NCBI RefSeq assembly: GCF_006345805.1
Contig: NC_043026.1
Coordinates: forward strand, 310,001 to 374,000
From: Octopus sinensis
Lineage: Eukaryota
Direction: 5' to 3'
Length of the DNA stretch: 64,000 bases
The notes under the pieces were generated by a model, which did not search any database, was not told where the DNA came from, and saw only the letters and a list, made by a program, of their open reading frames with translations. Below are positions 42,244-54,856 of this stretch, in pieces. Both the position numbers and the translations under genes were made by a program. The first letter of the stretch is position 1, and each line of letters starts with the position of its first letter.

Positions 42244-44003
42244 ATTATTATTATTATTATTATTATTATTCTATGTTTGACTTTTGCTTTATATTTGTAC
42301 AAGTTGGCTCCAAGTCTCACCCAGAGACCTCAAGAGACAACAGGGTTGGAAGTTCATGTTGTTGTTATGCCTAGTGTGCCATATATTTGGGGGGTGGGGA
42401 TGTTGTACTAATGAATGTCTAAAAAAAAAAATTTTTTTTTTTTTTTTTTTAAACCGAAAATTATGGTTGTTTTAAACCTTGAGGTTACATAGAGAGTATT
42501 TTGCGTAGGATATGAGCAGTTCCCATGAGCACTATCTTTTGAACTTCTACCATTTTGGGGTTTCCTGGTATCTGAGTTAGGTAGCTATCAGCCCCTTTTG
42601 CTATCATTCCCAGGGCACCTATGACAACAGGTATTGTTTTAGTCTTCAGCTTCCACATTTTGCTGATTTCTATTTCAAGATCTTTATATTTGCTCAGTTT
42701 TTGGTAGGTCCTGACAGATACGTTTATATCGATTGGGACAGTCATATCAATGAGGAGGCATGTTCTTTGTTTGAAGTCTTTCAATATGATGTCTGGCCTA
42801 TTTGCATCTATCTTCCTGTCAGTTTGAATGGTGAAGTTCCAGAGGAGTGAGATGTGGTCATTTTCAAGCACTGGGGGTGGTTTGTGTTCCCACCAGTTTT
42901 TTTCATGGGGCAAATCCAGGTTTTTACAGATTACCCAGTGAATATATTGTGCAGCTCTATCGTGCCTGTTGAGATACTCTGTAGGCGCTAGAAGACTGCA
43001 CTTGGAGACCACATGGTCAATGGTTTCATTTTGTTGCTTGCATACACGAGACGTTGGACTGCTTCTGATCTTTAATATGTTGGCCTGGTAGTTTCTTGTT
43101 GGTAGGCATTGATCTTGAGCTGCTATGATAAACCCCTCTGTTTCAGATTTTAAGCCAGAGGCCATTAGCCATTGATGGGTCAGGGCTTTGTCGATATCTG
43201 CATTATTCGCTCTCTTTGGGTTTGCCGTAGAGAGGTTTTTCTTGCCATTTATTATTCAGAATATCTAAGGCCGCAGTTTTGGCACGGGTTTTCATGCGCC
43301 TAGCTTTTTCTGTGCTTGTTTCTTGTATGTCTATCTCTAATTCCGAAATTGGTTGTATTCGGAATTCACTTAGATATTCCTTTGCCTGTTTTGTGACTGA
43401 GTATGATGCTTTCTTGTTTTCATGTTTTGAGACAAGTTTTAACATCCAGTCCTCAGAGTTTTTCAGGTAGGTGTCTAGGCCAATTGTAGCAATCTTCATT
43501 GTTATTGCCAGTTGCATAAGACCACGGCCTCCCTCTTTTCTTGGTAGATAGAGTCGTTCTGTATCTGCCTTAGGGTGGTGCATTCTATGCATTGTCAACA
43601 GTTTCCTTATTTTTCTGTCGAGCTGACATATTTCAGTAATTGACCAGTTAACAATATTGAAACTGTAAGTCACGACTGGTATAGCTAATGCATTGATTGC
43701 TTCGATCCTGTTTCTTGCATTCAGCTCTGTCTTGAGTACTGCTCTCACTCTTCGATAGCATTCTCTCCTGATCCTTTCCTTCATCTCTGAATGCCTTATT
43801 CCGTTCCCTTCAATTACCCCTAGGTACTTGTAGCTCTCCGCTGGGTCTAGTTCTTTTATGACATTCTGTTGGTCAAGGTTAACGTTAGATGTTTCAGTCA
43901 TTTTTCCTTTGATAAAGGTAGCCTTTGCACATTTATCGGGGCCGAATTGCATTCTGATGTCGTCACTGAATTGTTTGACTATCGCTAGTAAGCCCTTGAG
44001 TTG

Positions 44004-44044
<41 letters not shown>

Positions 44045-44068
44045 ATTATAATTATTATTATTGTTGTT

Positions 44069-44101
<33 letters not shown>

Positions 44102-47100
44102 ATTATTATATGAAATCTCACAACTTATTTTGCTGGTTATGATGGAACGTGTCAGCTGTCCACAGCTTAGCAGACTAAGGTGACGCTTATTTACTGGCCA
44201 TGCTTCAAGAACTCTGCAAAGAATTCTTACAGTTCCAAGCAATGCTTATTCTTTGAAGGTGTTCCACCTTCACACGTGCACCAATCTTTTTTAACCGTGT
44301 TGATAGCTAGGTGCCGATACCTCTATCATCATTATTATTAATATTGTTGTTATAATTATTATTTCAGATAGCAAATGGATCAAAGTATATGCCATATCAA
44401 AGGGAGCTGGTTCGAAAGTCTATAATTCATTCCTGAATATAGGACTTCCTTCAACCTGGAATGTGGACAAATGCAATGGTACCTTTTGTCCTAACTTCTT
44501 CCGACATCCTTTCCTAAATTTCTGGAACAATCTTCCAATTGATGAGGTATGTATGTTTATGCATGCACAAACGCGCGAGTGCGCAACACATCATTGTCTT
44601 CATAATCGTTATAATGATTAACCGGCTTTTAGATCAATTCAATTATGTTTGGAATATATTTGATTTCTAGAATTTATTTATTAGGTTGACGAAGTAGTGT
44701 TGTAAAGAATTTTTTTTTCCTTTTTTTTCCCATTTACTACCCACAAGGGGCTAAACACAGGGGGGACAAACAGGGACAGACAAACGGATTAAGTCGATTA
44801 CGTTGACCCCGGTGCATAACTGGTACTTAATTTACTGACCCCGAAAGGATGAAAGGCAAAGTCGACCTCGGCGAAATTTGAACTCGGAACGTAACCACAG
44901 ACGAAATACGTATTTCTTTATTACCCACAAGGGGCTAAACACCGAGAGGACAAACAAGGACCGACATAGGTATTAAGTCGATTACATCGACCCCAGTGCG
45001 TAACTGGTACTTAATTTATCGACCCCGAAAGGATGAAAGGCAAAGTCGACCTCGGCGGAATTTGAACTCACAACGTAACGCAGACGAAATACCGCTAAGC
45101 ATTTCTCCCGGCGTGCTAACGTTTCTGCCAGCTCGCCGTTGTAAAGAATCTTATCTGCGGCAAACCGCAGTAATAAGAATATTTATCATGAACGAAAGAC
45201 TCTCCCTTGTTGGAGAGATTGAAAAAGATAGATAGATAGATAGACAGATAGATGCATGTGTTACGTTTGTATGAATATATGCATGTGTGTACGTTTGTAT
45301 GTATGTATGTATGTATGTATGTATGTATGTCAGGTCACTTTCGAGTGCTACTGGTAACATGTAACCCATTACAACCTGTTGCATTGTCGGGCCGTCGGCG
45401 ACTAAACCGGCAACCCCACCAAGCTTGCTTTGTGAGGAGGGTGTTTATTGGACACCCTGCGGGATGAAAAACAAAACCCGCGAAAGGGCGGAGGAACTCT
45501 TGAGAGTCAATGGCCATTGAATAAATGTATTAAGGATGTATCATGCGCGGGGACATAGAAATAATCGGACTGAGTACCCGATCACGCGGTTAAACCATTG
45601 GGAATGAAGGACTTCTAGCCTTTGTTAAAGCATCCTTCTAGGAGAAGGTAGCTCAGGTAACTGGGATAACTCCGATGTAAAACTGCTGCTCAGTGGTTAC
45701 CGATGATGTTGACTTGTTCTTCTTTTCGGATTATGGCTGCTATTGCTTAGTGAGTGGGTTGACTCAGTGCAGAGCCCTTCCTTACTTAATAAAAAATCTT
45801 CTTGCACAGGCATTGCACGATAACAACATTGATTAAGCTTCGTGCAATGGCCATACTCGATGACAAGGGGGCAGCCACCATGTATATATGTATGCATATT
45901 CTTGTGTTTGTGTGTGTGTTTGTTTGTGTGTGTGTTTGTGTGTGTATGTGCTTGTGGGATGGGGTGTATCTGCATGTAAAGGAGATAAAAACGAATGTAT
46001 TATTTGGGTATTGCGATACTTGTCTTAACAGCAGATAATTATTAATACATTGTGTCATACAACTCGGCAAGCAATAACACGAGATCTTAAGTAATACTAT
46101 GAAATAACAAGTTTACATAACACTTCCAGTTCTTGAGGTCATACTGTATTGAAGGTTAAGTGATATATACCAGATAGTATCATGGTAGCATATGAGTGAA
46201 GTGTAATTAATTATATTATATGATTCATTTTGAAATAGGAAGATACGTCAAATCAGCAAATACAATCATTCATCAACAGATGCTTGCGTAGTATACTTAA
46301 AATTATATGACCCGAACACATAAGCAATATGGAGCTATGGCAAAGAACAAATCAAGTTTCGATTAGGGAGTAAATATTTAAGAAAAAGTAGAAGTGGATT
46401 CGTAGCACAATTATAAAAGACACACCAAATATAGCGAAAAGTGCTTTACAGTGTAATCCGGCTGGATATAGAAAGTATGGTAGGCCTAAGAACTCATGGC
46501 GTAGATCAACAGAAGGAACTAGAGAAAGGGGGACATTCATAGAAGAGTATAAGTACGGAAGTGAAAAATTATGCGACATGGAATTCAACTCTAAGTAGCC
46601 TATACTCAGCGATGGAGGGTTAAAGGCAGGAAAAAAAAACATACGTATGGAGCGAGTGACCAATCAAAGTCATTAAATACGCATGTTAAACAGATTAATT
46701 TCGGTCAAGAGAATTACGAAGTAAAAATGAGAGTGGACATTAAGCTAACAGTGAAGGAAATACATATTGAATTACCTCGATCTATTTAACTTGATCCATT
46801 TCTTTTTATTATGTGTGTATGTGCGTGCGTGTGTGGTTGTAAGCGTATGTGGTTGTATGTGTGTGCTACATGCTCATTTATTTTACAGGTGAAACTGGTG
46901 ATTTATAAAAACAAAACAGATGTGGTAACTATAATATTTGATGGACGAAATACAAACCTTCAAAGCTGGTTCTCTCACGAAAAGTTGAAAAATTCACCGT
47001 GGAACGACCTAGCTTCAGCCACTGGAGTTCAATTCTCAATTGAGGGATTTAGGTATGCAAATATATATTTCATCTTCTTTTATTTTGTTATGTAGAGACC

Positions 47101-49468
47101 TATATTGTTAAAAAATGTCACTTTACGTACGCTATAGATAAATTTTAACACTATACATTTTGACGCGACACTTTCTGGTGATGAACAACGCATCTCCAGG
47201 CTTTCAACATTATATCTTCATTTATTATAATATACAGAATGCAAATTTGAACTAATACTGCTTCCGTCTGTAATAATGAAATATATTCTGCCTCTTGACT
47301 AACAGCAACGCTAGTGATTTGTTAATCACTGTTTTTCTATACCGAGGCTAAATAGGTCTGCGCATGCGGATGTCAATGACTACTTCATATTGAAGTTTTG
47401 AAAGAAACAGGAATACGTACAGCGGGAAGACCGAAAATGTCTTGAAAGTCATAACATGCCGGCCGGATATAATATCACTAGGTGAGACGAGCTGACACTG
47501 AATCAGCTTGGCTGACTGACAGGTGACGGTCGTTTAGAGAATGCGCGGGCTAAAACTACGCGCTTTCACTACTCAGTTAAGGTGAGACAGGGTCACGTGA
47601 CAACTTGCTGCGGCTGCCTGCTGGAGTCTCGTGACAGGTATTTAAAGAGAGAATTTTGACAAGTCTGTCAGTCACCGGCTGACACGCGCTGACGATACAT
47701 CGAAGAGGCCCGGGAACAGAAGAAAGAAGACATGCACACAACATCAGAGCTGAAGACATCCCCGAGAGGGCGGGAGCATCCCGCCACGTCAAAACGGTAG
47801 AGGAGTAGGGGCCGAAACCGGACGTGGTTCCTCCTGATGATGTCTTGAGCTAATGGATCCTACATAGGAGGTGTTGTGGTATCAGACCACGAAACACGGT
47901 TGTAATTCCTCCTAGCAATTCCACCGCCGCTGGAAAAGGTTATTTCTCTATTGCTAATATATTTCCGTATTTTTAACAACACACTTTTAAATTAAATGTT
48001 TTCCCGTGACAAACAGCTCAGTTTCATAGATTTCACATCAAGAAGCATGTTTCAAAGTGGGAAACACGAAAATATATTTTCACCTTAATGTGCTCATTTA
48101 TTTGTTTCAGTCATTTGACTGTGGCCATGCTGGAGCACTGCCTTTAGTCGAGCAAATCGACCACAGGACTTATTTATTGTAAGCGTAGTACTTATTCGAT
48201 CGGTGTCTTTTGCCGAACCGCTAAGTTACGGTTGTGAAGGGATATTGGGGCGACAAGCACACACACACACACACACACTAACACACACATACACACACAC
48301 ACACATATACACACACGCACACACATATATATTTACATATATATGACGGGCTTCTTTCAGTTTCCGTCTACCAGATCCACTTACAAGGCTTTGGTCGGCC
48401 CGAGGCTATAGTAGAAGACACTTGCCCAAGGTGCTACGCAGTAGGACTGAACCCGGAAGCATGTGGTTGGTAAGCAAGCTACTTACCACACAGCCACTTT
48501 ACCATAATTATATTTACTTGTAAGTGTTGGGTTTAGATATTTTTATGTTCCGTTATAATATTTATTTTGACTAGAATTCATTTTATATTTATTTAGCGCT
48601 TTGATAAGATGTTTAATACAGGAAAATGTTATCGCTCGTATGTTTGTGGCCGTTTGTGGATTTATTTATTTTTGTACCAAAGTGTATGCCTCGTGTGTAA
48701 TTTCGCCTTTTTTGGTGTATTGACATTTTCGCATTTCCGCGTGTTTGTGTGAGCATGTGTGTGTGTGTATGTGTGTGTGTGTGTGTGTATGTGTGTGCGT
48801 ACGTGTGTGTGTGCGTGTTTCAGTGCATATGTGTGTTTTTATGTGTGTGAGTGTTTAAACGCACATCTTTGTGTGTATACACATTTAGTATGGTACACAG
48901 GTGGCTCTTTTTAATTAAGCACTGACTAATTCAATTGCGTGTAGCGGACATACTAGTCTATTTAATACATGTTTAGATTTTCATATTCTGAGACCCAAAC
49001 AAGTTTTTTTTTCTTTTTCTCCTTAGACTTGCACGTCGCTTCCATATAACAATACATGGTTTTTGTGAAAGAGACAGAGGATGGCTGACCATCAATGAGG
49101 GACCATATGTATGTGAGTTCGATAAGTCAGATCACTACCCTACAATTCGTTATTCTGATACAAAATCGAAAGTCATATGGAACAACGGTAAGTGATATTG
49201 TATCTTCTGTGTGTGTTTGCGTGTGTCTTACTGTGAGTAGTAGTACTAAAAATTAATTTTGTACTTATTGTTTAGCGGCCAAAAGTGACCGACCCACAAA
49301 ACGATGCAGAGATTCGGCTGCCATTTCTAGTAATTCGAGTTGCCATCTATAAAGACCTCCCAAGAAATATTTGAAATCCTTTTGTTATTGATGTTGTTAT
49401 TGTTACTTGCAGGTTATGCATTAGCAGACTCCATGGCCATATTCATCCGCCTGAGGCAGCAGAACTAA
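41569..49468 (+). CDS. Gene copy D (intact): 5-exon secreted protein, 284 aa; exons 41569-41863, 44368-44546, 46889-47052, 49027-49187, 49413-49468
   Basis: All introns GT-AG with compatible phases (1,0,2,1); spliced CDS is 855 nt and open. Translation: [284 protein letters not shown]. Hydrophobic N-terminus looks like a signal peptide; AATAAA at 49568 and 49714. Confidence 0.88.
42271..44000 (-). mobile_element. 5'-truncated R4/Dong-type LINE (end of RT + restriction-like endonuclease) in intron 1 of copy D
   Basis: ORFs 43952-43203 and 43165-42485, split by a frameshift near 43220: late RT motifs (FGPDKCAK, YKYLG), degenerate CCHC finger (RVC..ETIDHVVSKC), RHD and RPDI..D motifs. Inserted into an (AAT)n tract; absent from the other copies. 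Confidence 0.88.
44368..44546 (+). CDS. Copy D exon 2
   Basis: ttcag|ATAGC...GATGAG|gtatgt, 179 nt, open. Confidence 0.85.
46130..46630 (+). mobile_element. Degraded RTE-type LINE 3' fragment in intron 2 of copy D
   Basis: Degenerate ORF2 C-terminal motifs across frames: [12 protein letters not shown], ISNxELWQRT, [25 protein letters not shown]. Confidence 0.7.
46889..47052 (+). CDS. Copy D exon 3
   Basis: ttttacag|GTGAAA...TTTAG|gtatgc, 164 nt. Confidence 0.87.
47592..47673 (+). promoter_or_regulatory. Putative Pol II core promoter in intron 3 (GTCACGTGAC E-box, TATTTAAA, TCAGTC Inr)
   Basis: TATTTAAA at 47639 lies 31 nt upstream of the A of TCAGTC (47670); TGCGCATGCG at 47359. Motif geometry only. 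Confidence 0.3.
49027..49187 (+). CDS. Copy D exon 4 (hypervariable exon)
   Basis: ccttag|ACTTGC...AACG|gtaagt, 161 nt. Confidence 0.87.
49413..49468 (+). CDS. Copy D exon 5 (terminal)
   Basis: ttgcag|GTTATG...AACTAA. Confidence 0.83.
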
Positions 49469-49509
49469 CCCAGCACATGATATCCATTGATACTATTGAT
49501 GTTGTTAAC

Positions 49510-49800
49510 GTCCATCCAATCCAGCTGACCAACACTGGTGATCCACATAAGTCACGTCTTACCTTTTAATAAAGAATCCACACAAATATTCTATCCAACA
49601 TCGGTCTTTGAAGTTGTGATTCTCTTTCTCTCATTCCAGTGTTGTTGTTGTTCACATTCTCCTAATCCAGCTGACCACCACTGGTGATCCACACAAGTCA
49701 CGCTTTACCTGTTAATAAAGAATCCATGCAAATATTCTATCCAACATCGGTCTTTTGAGTTGTGATTCTCTTTCTCTCTTTCTGAGAGCTGTTGTTCCAG
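49510..49800 (+). repeat. ~146 bp 3'-UTR tandem duplication, each unit carrying AATAAA
   Basis: AATAAA at 49568 and 49714; two units in A, C, D, E and the orphan copy, one in B. Confidence 0.75.
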
Positions 49801-50693
49801 TTCACGACTGTCCAGACAATATGTAAATGAGATGTGTGTGTGCGAGCGTGCGCGTATACACGTGCATGCGCGCCCATGCGTACGTGCGTGCGTAGTGCGT
49901 GTGTGTAGATATCTGCGGTTTTGTCTCCGTAATGTTGGGGAAAGCTGGCAGAAACGTTAGCACGCCGGGTCGACCTTACCTTTAATCCTTTCGGGGTCGA
50001 CTAAATAAGTATCAATTATGCACTGGGGTCGATATAATCGCCTTAATCCGTTTGTCTGTCCTTGTTTGTCCCCTCTGTGTTTAGCCCCTTTTGGGTAATA
50101 AAGAAATAGGTATTTCGTCTGCGCTACGTTCTGAGTTCAAATTCCGCCAAGGTCGACTTTACCTTTCATCCTTTCGGGGTCGTTTAAATAAGTACCAGTT
50201 ACGCACTGGGGTCGATATAATCGACTTAATCCGTTGTCTGTCCTTGTTTGTCCCCTCTGTGTTTAGCCCCTTGTGGGTAGTAGAGAAAGAGGTATTTCGT
50301 CTGAAGCTACGTTCTGAGTTCAAATTCCGCCGAGGCCCACTTTGCATTTTATCCTTTCAGGGTCGATAATTTAAGTACAAGTTTGCACTGGGGTCGATGT
50401 AATCGACTTAGTCCTTTTGTCTATCATTGTTTGTCCCTTCTGTGTTTAACCCCTTGTGGGTAGGAAAGAAAGAGGTTGTGGGGAAGGCTTTCAGCAAATC
50501 AAAGAGATCAGAACAATGATACTAATTATACAAAGGAAAGTGATACAATATCCGGTGTTTCGCCGAAACAGTCTTCCGGTTGGTCGCTCTAGCTTCATCA
50601 GTGGCGTGTTAAAGGGTGGTACTCTTCTGATTTCGTGATCGATGTTTCACTTTGATCTCTCTCCAGTTATCATTCTTGTGTTACAGAAAAAAC

Positions 50694-51448
50694 GTGGCAG
50701 CTCTCCTGCCCCAGGGGAAAATAGGGATCAGTGAAACTGCTTCCCTAATCTGAATGTGTGTCAGGGGCTGAAATTCTTCGTAGGCTTTCAATACAATTAA
50801 GGAACAGCGCTCTACTGCGTAGAAGTATTTACGAGAAGAGCGAGCAGTTTCAAATGTCCGGACAAGCGTGAAATACAAGGAGTGATCAGGACACCCATTA
50901 ACCGTCACCAGTGACGTGGAGATTCAACAATTTTCAGAAATGCTTCTGGCGAACCAACGATTGCCCATTGATGAGATGGCTTATTCTCTGAAAATTATTA
51001 TGGGTCTGCATCCACGACAAGCTTCGGTTCTGCGGAGTTAGTACGAGAAGGGCGCCAAGAGAGCTTTTCGATGTGAATAAGCGCAATCGTGTGGATTTTT
51101 GTCAATTCTAGCTCGAACGCTTCAGCGATCAAACTAAAGTTGTTTTGAGGGAGAGTAGACACGATTGATGAAATCGGGGCCCATAACTTTGAGCCAGAAT
51201 TCAAAAGATTTAGTATGAAGCGGAAACGAAACGAATCACCAGTGGAAAAGAAATTCAAGATTCAACCTTCGGCAGAAAAATGTGATGCTAAGCGTTTGGG
51301 GGGATGCGAAAGGGTCTATATTGCAACACTGTCCCTTAAAAGGGGTCTACAGTGAAATGTTGGTTAACAAAGGGAAACCAGCAATTCGTAACAAACGCCG
51401 ATGTCTATTATTGTAAGACAATGCACGCCCATAATCAGCCACCCACAC
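50694..51448 (+). mobile_element. Mariner fragment (unit copy)
   Basis: Homologous to 38219-38981. Confidence 0.8.
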
Positions 51449-51565
51449 ATAGATAGTAAATATATAGATAGATAGCTAGATAGATAGATAGATAGATAGA
51501 AAGATAGGTAGATAGATAGATAGTAGATAGATTGATAAAGCAATAGATAGATACAGAGCTAGATT

Positions 51566-51622
<57 letters not shown>

Positions 51623-51640
51623 TAGATAGATAGATAGATT

Positions 51641-51673
<33 letters not shown>

Positions 51674-52706
51674 AAAGAGAGATTGATAAAGCAATAGATA
51701 GATAGATAGTTAGATTACCTTATAATAAAGCACCGTTAATTCCTAAGATACATGTAAAAACATGCAGAGTGAAACTGGTGAGAACTGTTCGTGTTATGCT
51801 TCGATGTCTGTAACTGTTTGCGTGTTTATTTGTCATGAAATGAAGAAAATTATCTATTAACACATCAACTATCAATAGTTGAAAATAAGAGTGTACACAG
51901 GTAAGGACTAGGTTCTTGTTCCATCATCCACGGTGATTGATTTCAATGATTTCCTATAATGAAAGTCTTCGGTATAGTGACCTCAATTGTTCTGCTTTTA
52001 TATCTCCACTCACAGAAACACCAACATCACATCACGCTATCACCAGGTATTAAAACTACAACGTCACTATCACAAACAGCGCATCAGCCCTACTGCAATC
52101 AAAGGAGACATATTGGAAAATCTGGTTTATTTTTACTTCTGTGGATAAACAGTCAAATTAGTAAACAGTCTTGAACTGAGTTGATGGTCTGCGTTTTGCT
52201 CATTTATGGACAGTCTATACGGGTTGATTATTTATGGAAAGGCCTAAGTCTGTAAGTAATACTGATAAGAGAAATTAGGAGAGAAAGTAGTGGCCAGTAC
52301 TGACAGTTACGAAGTGTTCAGACATCTGAAGACACAACTGTGGGTAATAGAGGGTAATATTGACGGTAGAAGACAGTAAGGGAAACAGTGATAAAGGTGT
52401 GACATTCACCAACCATCCTTACAAGAAGTCCTAACAGAACCACCTGAAGTGTGCGCTCTCCGCCCTACCTCACTGAAAGTAAGTGTTTTCTATCACATTG
52501 CATTTTATGTGTTCGGGTATGTGTTATGGCTAGGATATGTTGGAGTTAATGTGGGTGTGTGACAACAGTTGAAATATGGGTGATTGCGCGTGCAAACGCC
52601 AATCTTGCGCTCTTTCAATTGTTGTATTGAGTAAACGTTCTCTCTCTCTCTCTCACTCACTTCCACACACGCACTGTTTCCCTCCTTTCCTTCTCTCTCA
52701 CACTAG

Positions 52707-52763
<57 letters not shown>

Positions 52764-52906
52764 TGTGTGTGTATGTATATGTATGTATATATGTATGCAT
52801 GATGTATGTATGTAAGTATGTATGTATGTATGTATGTATGTAGTATGTATGTATGTATGTATATATATACATACATACAGACAGACTGGCAGGCAAGCAG
52901 AATAAC

Positions 52907-52995
<89 letters not shown>

Positions 52996-54170
52996 CAGGC
53001 AAAGGGCTTCCACATACTTTCCGGTTACCAGATTCCCTCTCTAGGCATTGGTTGGCCGGGCCAATACTAGAAGACACTTGCCCAAGTAGCCGCTCAGTGG
53101 GATTGAACCGGGAAGCATGTGATTACCAAACGATCTCCTTAATCTTACAGCTCTGCCTTCGCCTATATTCTGTGGTCCCTGTTATTAATGGTCATGAATA
53201 AAGGCCCTAGAATTACTACCAACTGGAAAAGCTTCGTCTGGTCTGAACAGATCTATGCTCAGTTGCCATTATCACTTGTAGGTTGTTCCTATGCTGTTGA
53301 GTTTTTAGGTTCTTTCTCTTCGCTGTGTTGTCCGGTTTTACCCCTCTAGTACAGAGAGTTCGATTTAACCCAAGCCTGGTCGGTGTGGCATGGAGGACAG
53401 GTTGTTACCCAAGCCGTGTGTCCCTGCTCTCTGCATCATGGATGGATCCAAAAGAACAACAAGGAACGTTGCAATTTCCTATCAGCGTCCTCGTAGGAGT
53501 TGCAAGAGTGAAGTATTGAACTGATTCAGGGTGTTTGATGCCCGCTTTTACCTCAGTGTTTACACCCAAACACTTTCCCGTGGTTTAGTAATATTGCAAG
53601 GTAACGGAGGATTGAAATCAGATTTTTCTTTCCCCTATGATAGGTAGCCCCACTACCACCACCAACACTAGGCTAATGAGCCCCATCTGATCAACTGAAT
53701 TATTAATTAACTCAGATTTGGGAACCTGCCGAGTACGTCTACTCCGGATAAAACTAACCTGGGAACAACATTGGCTAAGAAGTGTTTCTAAACTCTTGAA
53801 AACCCTGGAAATCTCAAACCAGGGCCCCGTAACGAATACAACTTATTCTAAATTATATGTTATTCCTTTTGCGTTTTCTCTTCCGAACAACCTTCCTCTC
53901 ACACACAAACACTTTCCATCTTCTCATTGTATCTCTCTCTTCTTTTTCAGGATTTCTCTCTGTTACTCTCTAACTTTTTTCTTCTTTCCTTGTCTTTCTC
54001 TTCCCCGTTCTCTCTTTATTAAAATTCATTTTGTGTCATTGCAGAATCTCTTCATATTTCACCCCACCTCATTCTTTCTCTCTTTCATGCCATTTCTTTC
54101 CCGCTTCTGTCTAATTTTAGCAATCATAGAGTCAAGAATGTTCCAGTCAGCTTTTACTTGTCCAGCTGCA

Positions 54171-54801
54171 ATGGCAGTGCTGCTGTTAACCCTTACAACA
54201 ATTCTGGTTGTTACCACAGATCAGGAACTTGATGGCTACTACAAACGTTTGGGACCTGGTTATTCCTATGGTTATATTGGGACACCTCCAACAGAACAAT
54301 TCTTCTCAACACGAAACCTACTCGACTGCACCGCGCTCGCTCAGAGGAGCCAATCGCAATTTTTCACTTACAACAAAGTCAGCCATGCTTGTAAGAATTA
54401 CTCACCGAAAAATATAATGACAGTCGTCAGCACGGATAACAAGAACGAGATTTCCTTCTTTAGAAGTAAGTGAATCTTCTTTATTATTACTGTTTTTCTT
54501 TTGTTTTTTGATTTTGCTTTTTGCGGTACCAGTTGAAGAGTGAGATCAATGAAATCGAGTTACTTATCTCTCCAATAATTTGCTGGCCTTGTGCCAAAAT
54601 TTGAAATCAATATTAATATTCTTGTTGCTGTTTGTTTGTTTGTTTGTTGAGCGAAGCGGTCTTCGTCCCAGTAGTGGGAGAAGTCCGAAACGTGGTCCTT
54701 TGCTATTCGTAAGATAACACTTCCAATCACTTAAGATCAGAAGCCATGAGAGCCACTGTCAGGTACTGCATCAGGGTATTTATTATTATTATCATTTTTA
54801 A

Positions 54802-54856
<55 letters not shown>

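Noticed and set aside
45330-45640. Possible additional coding exon or LINE 5' UTR in intron 2
   Set aside because: The gene model closes in phase without it, ORFs here differ between copies, and I could not assign a family.
53718-54170. 251-aa and 144-aa ORFs extending upstream of exon 1
   Set aside because: The extension is CT-rich and low in complexity, and its length differs between copies. The MFQ ATG is lost in copy C, so MAVLL is the better start. A non-coding upstream exon cannot be excluded.
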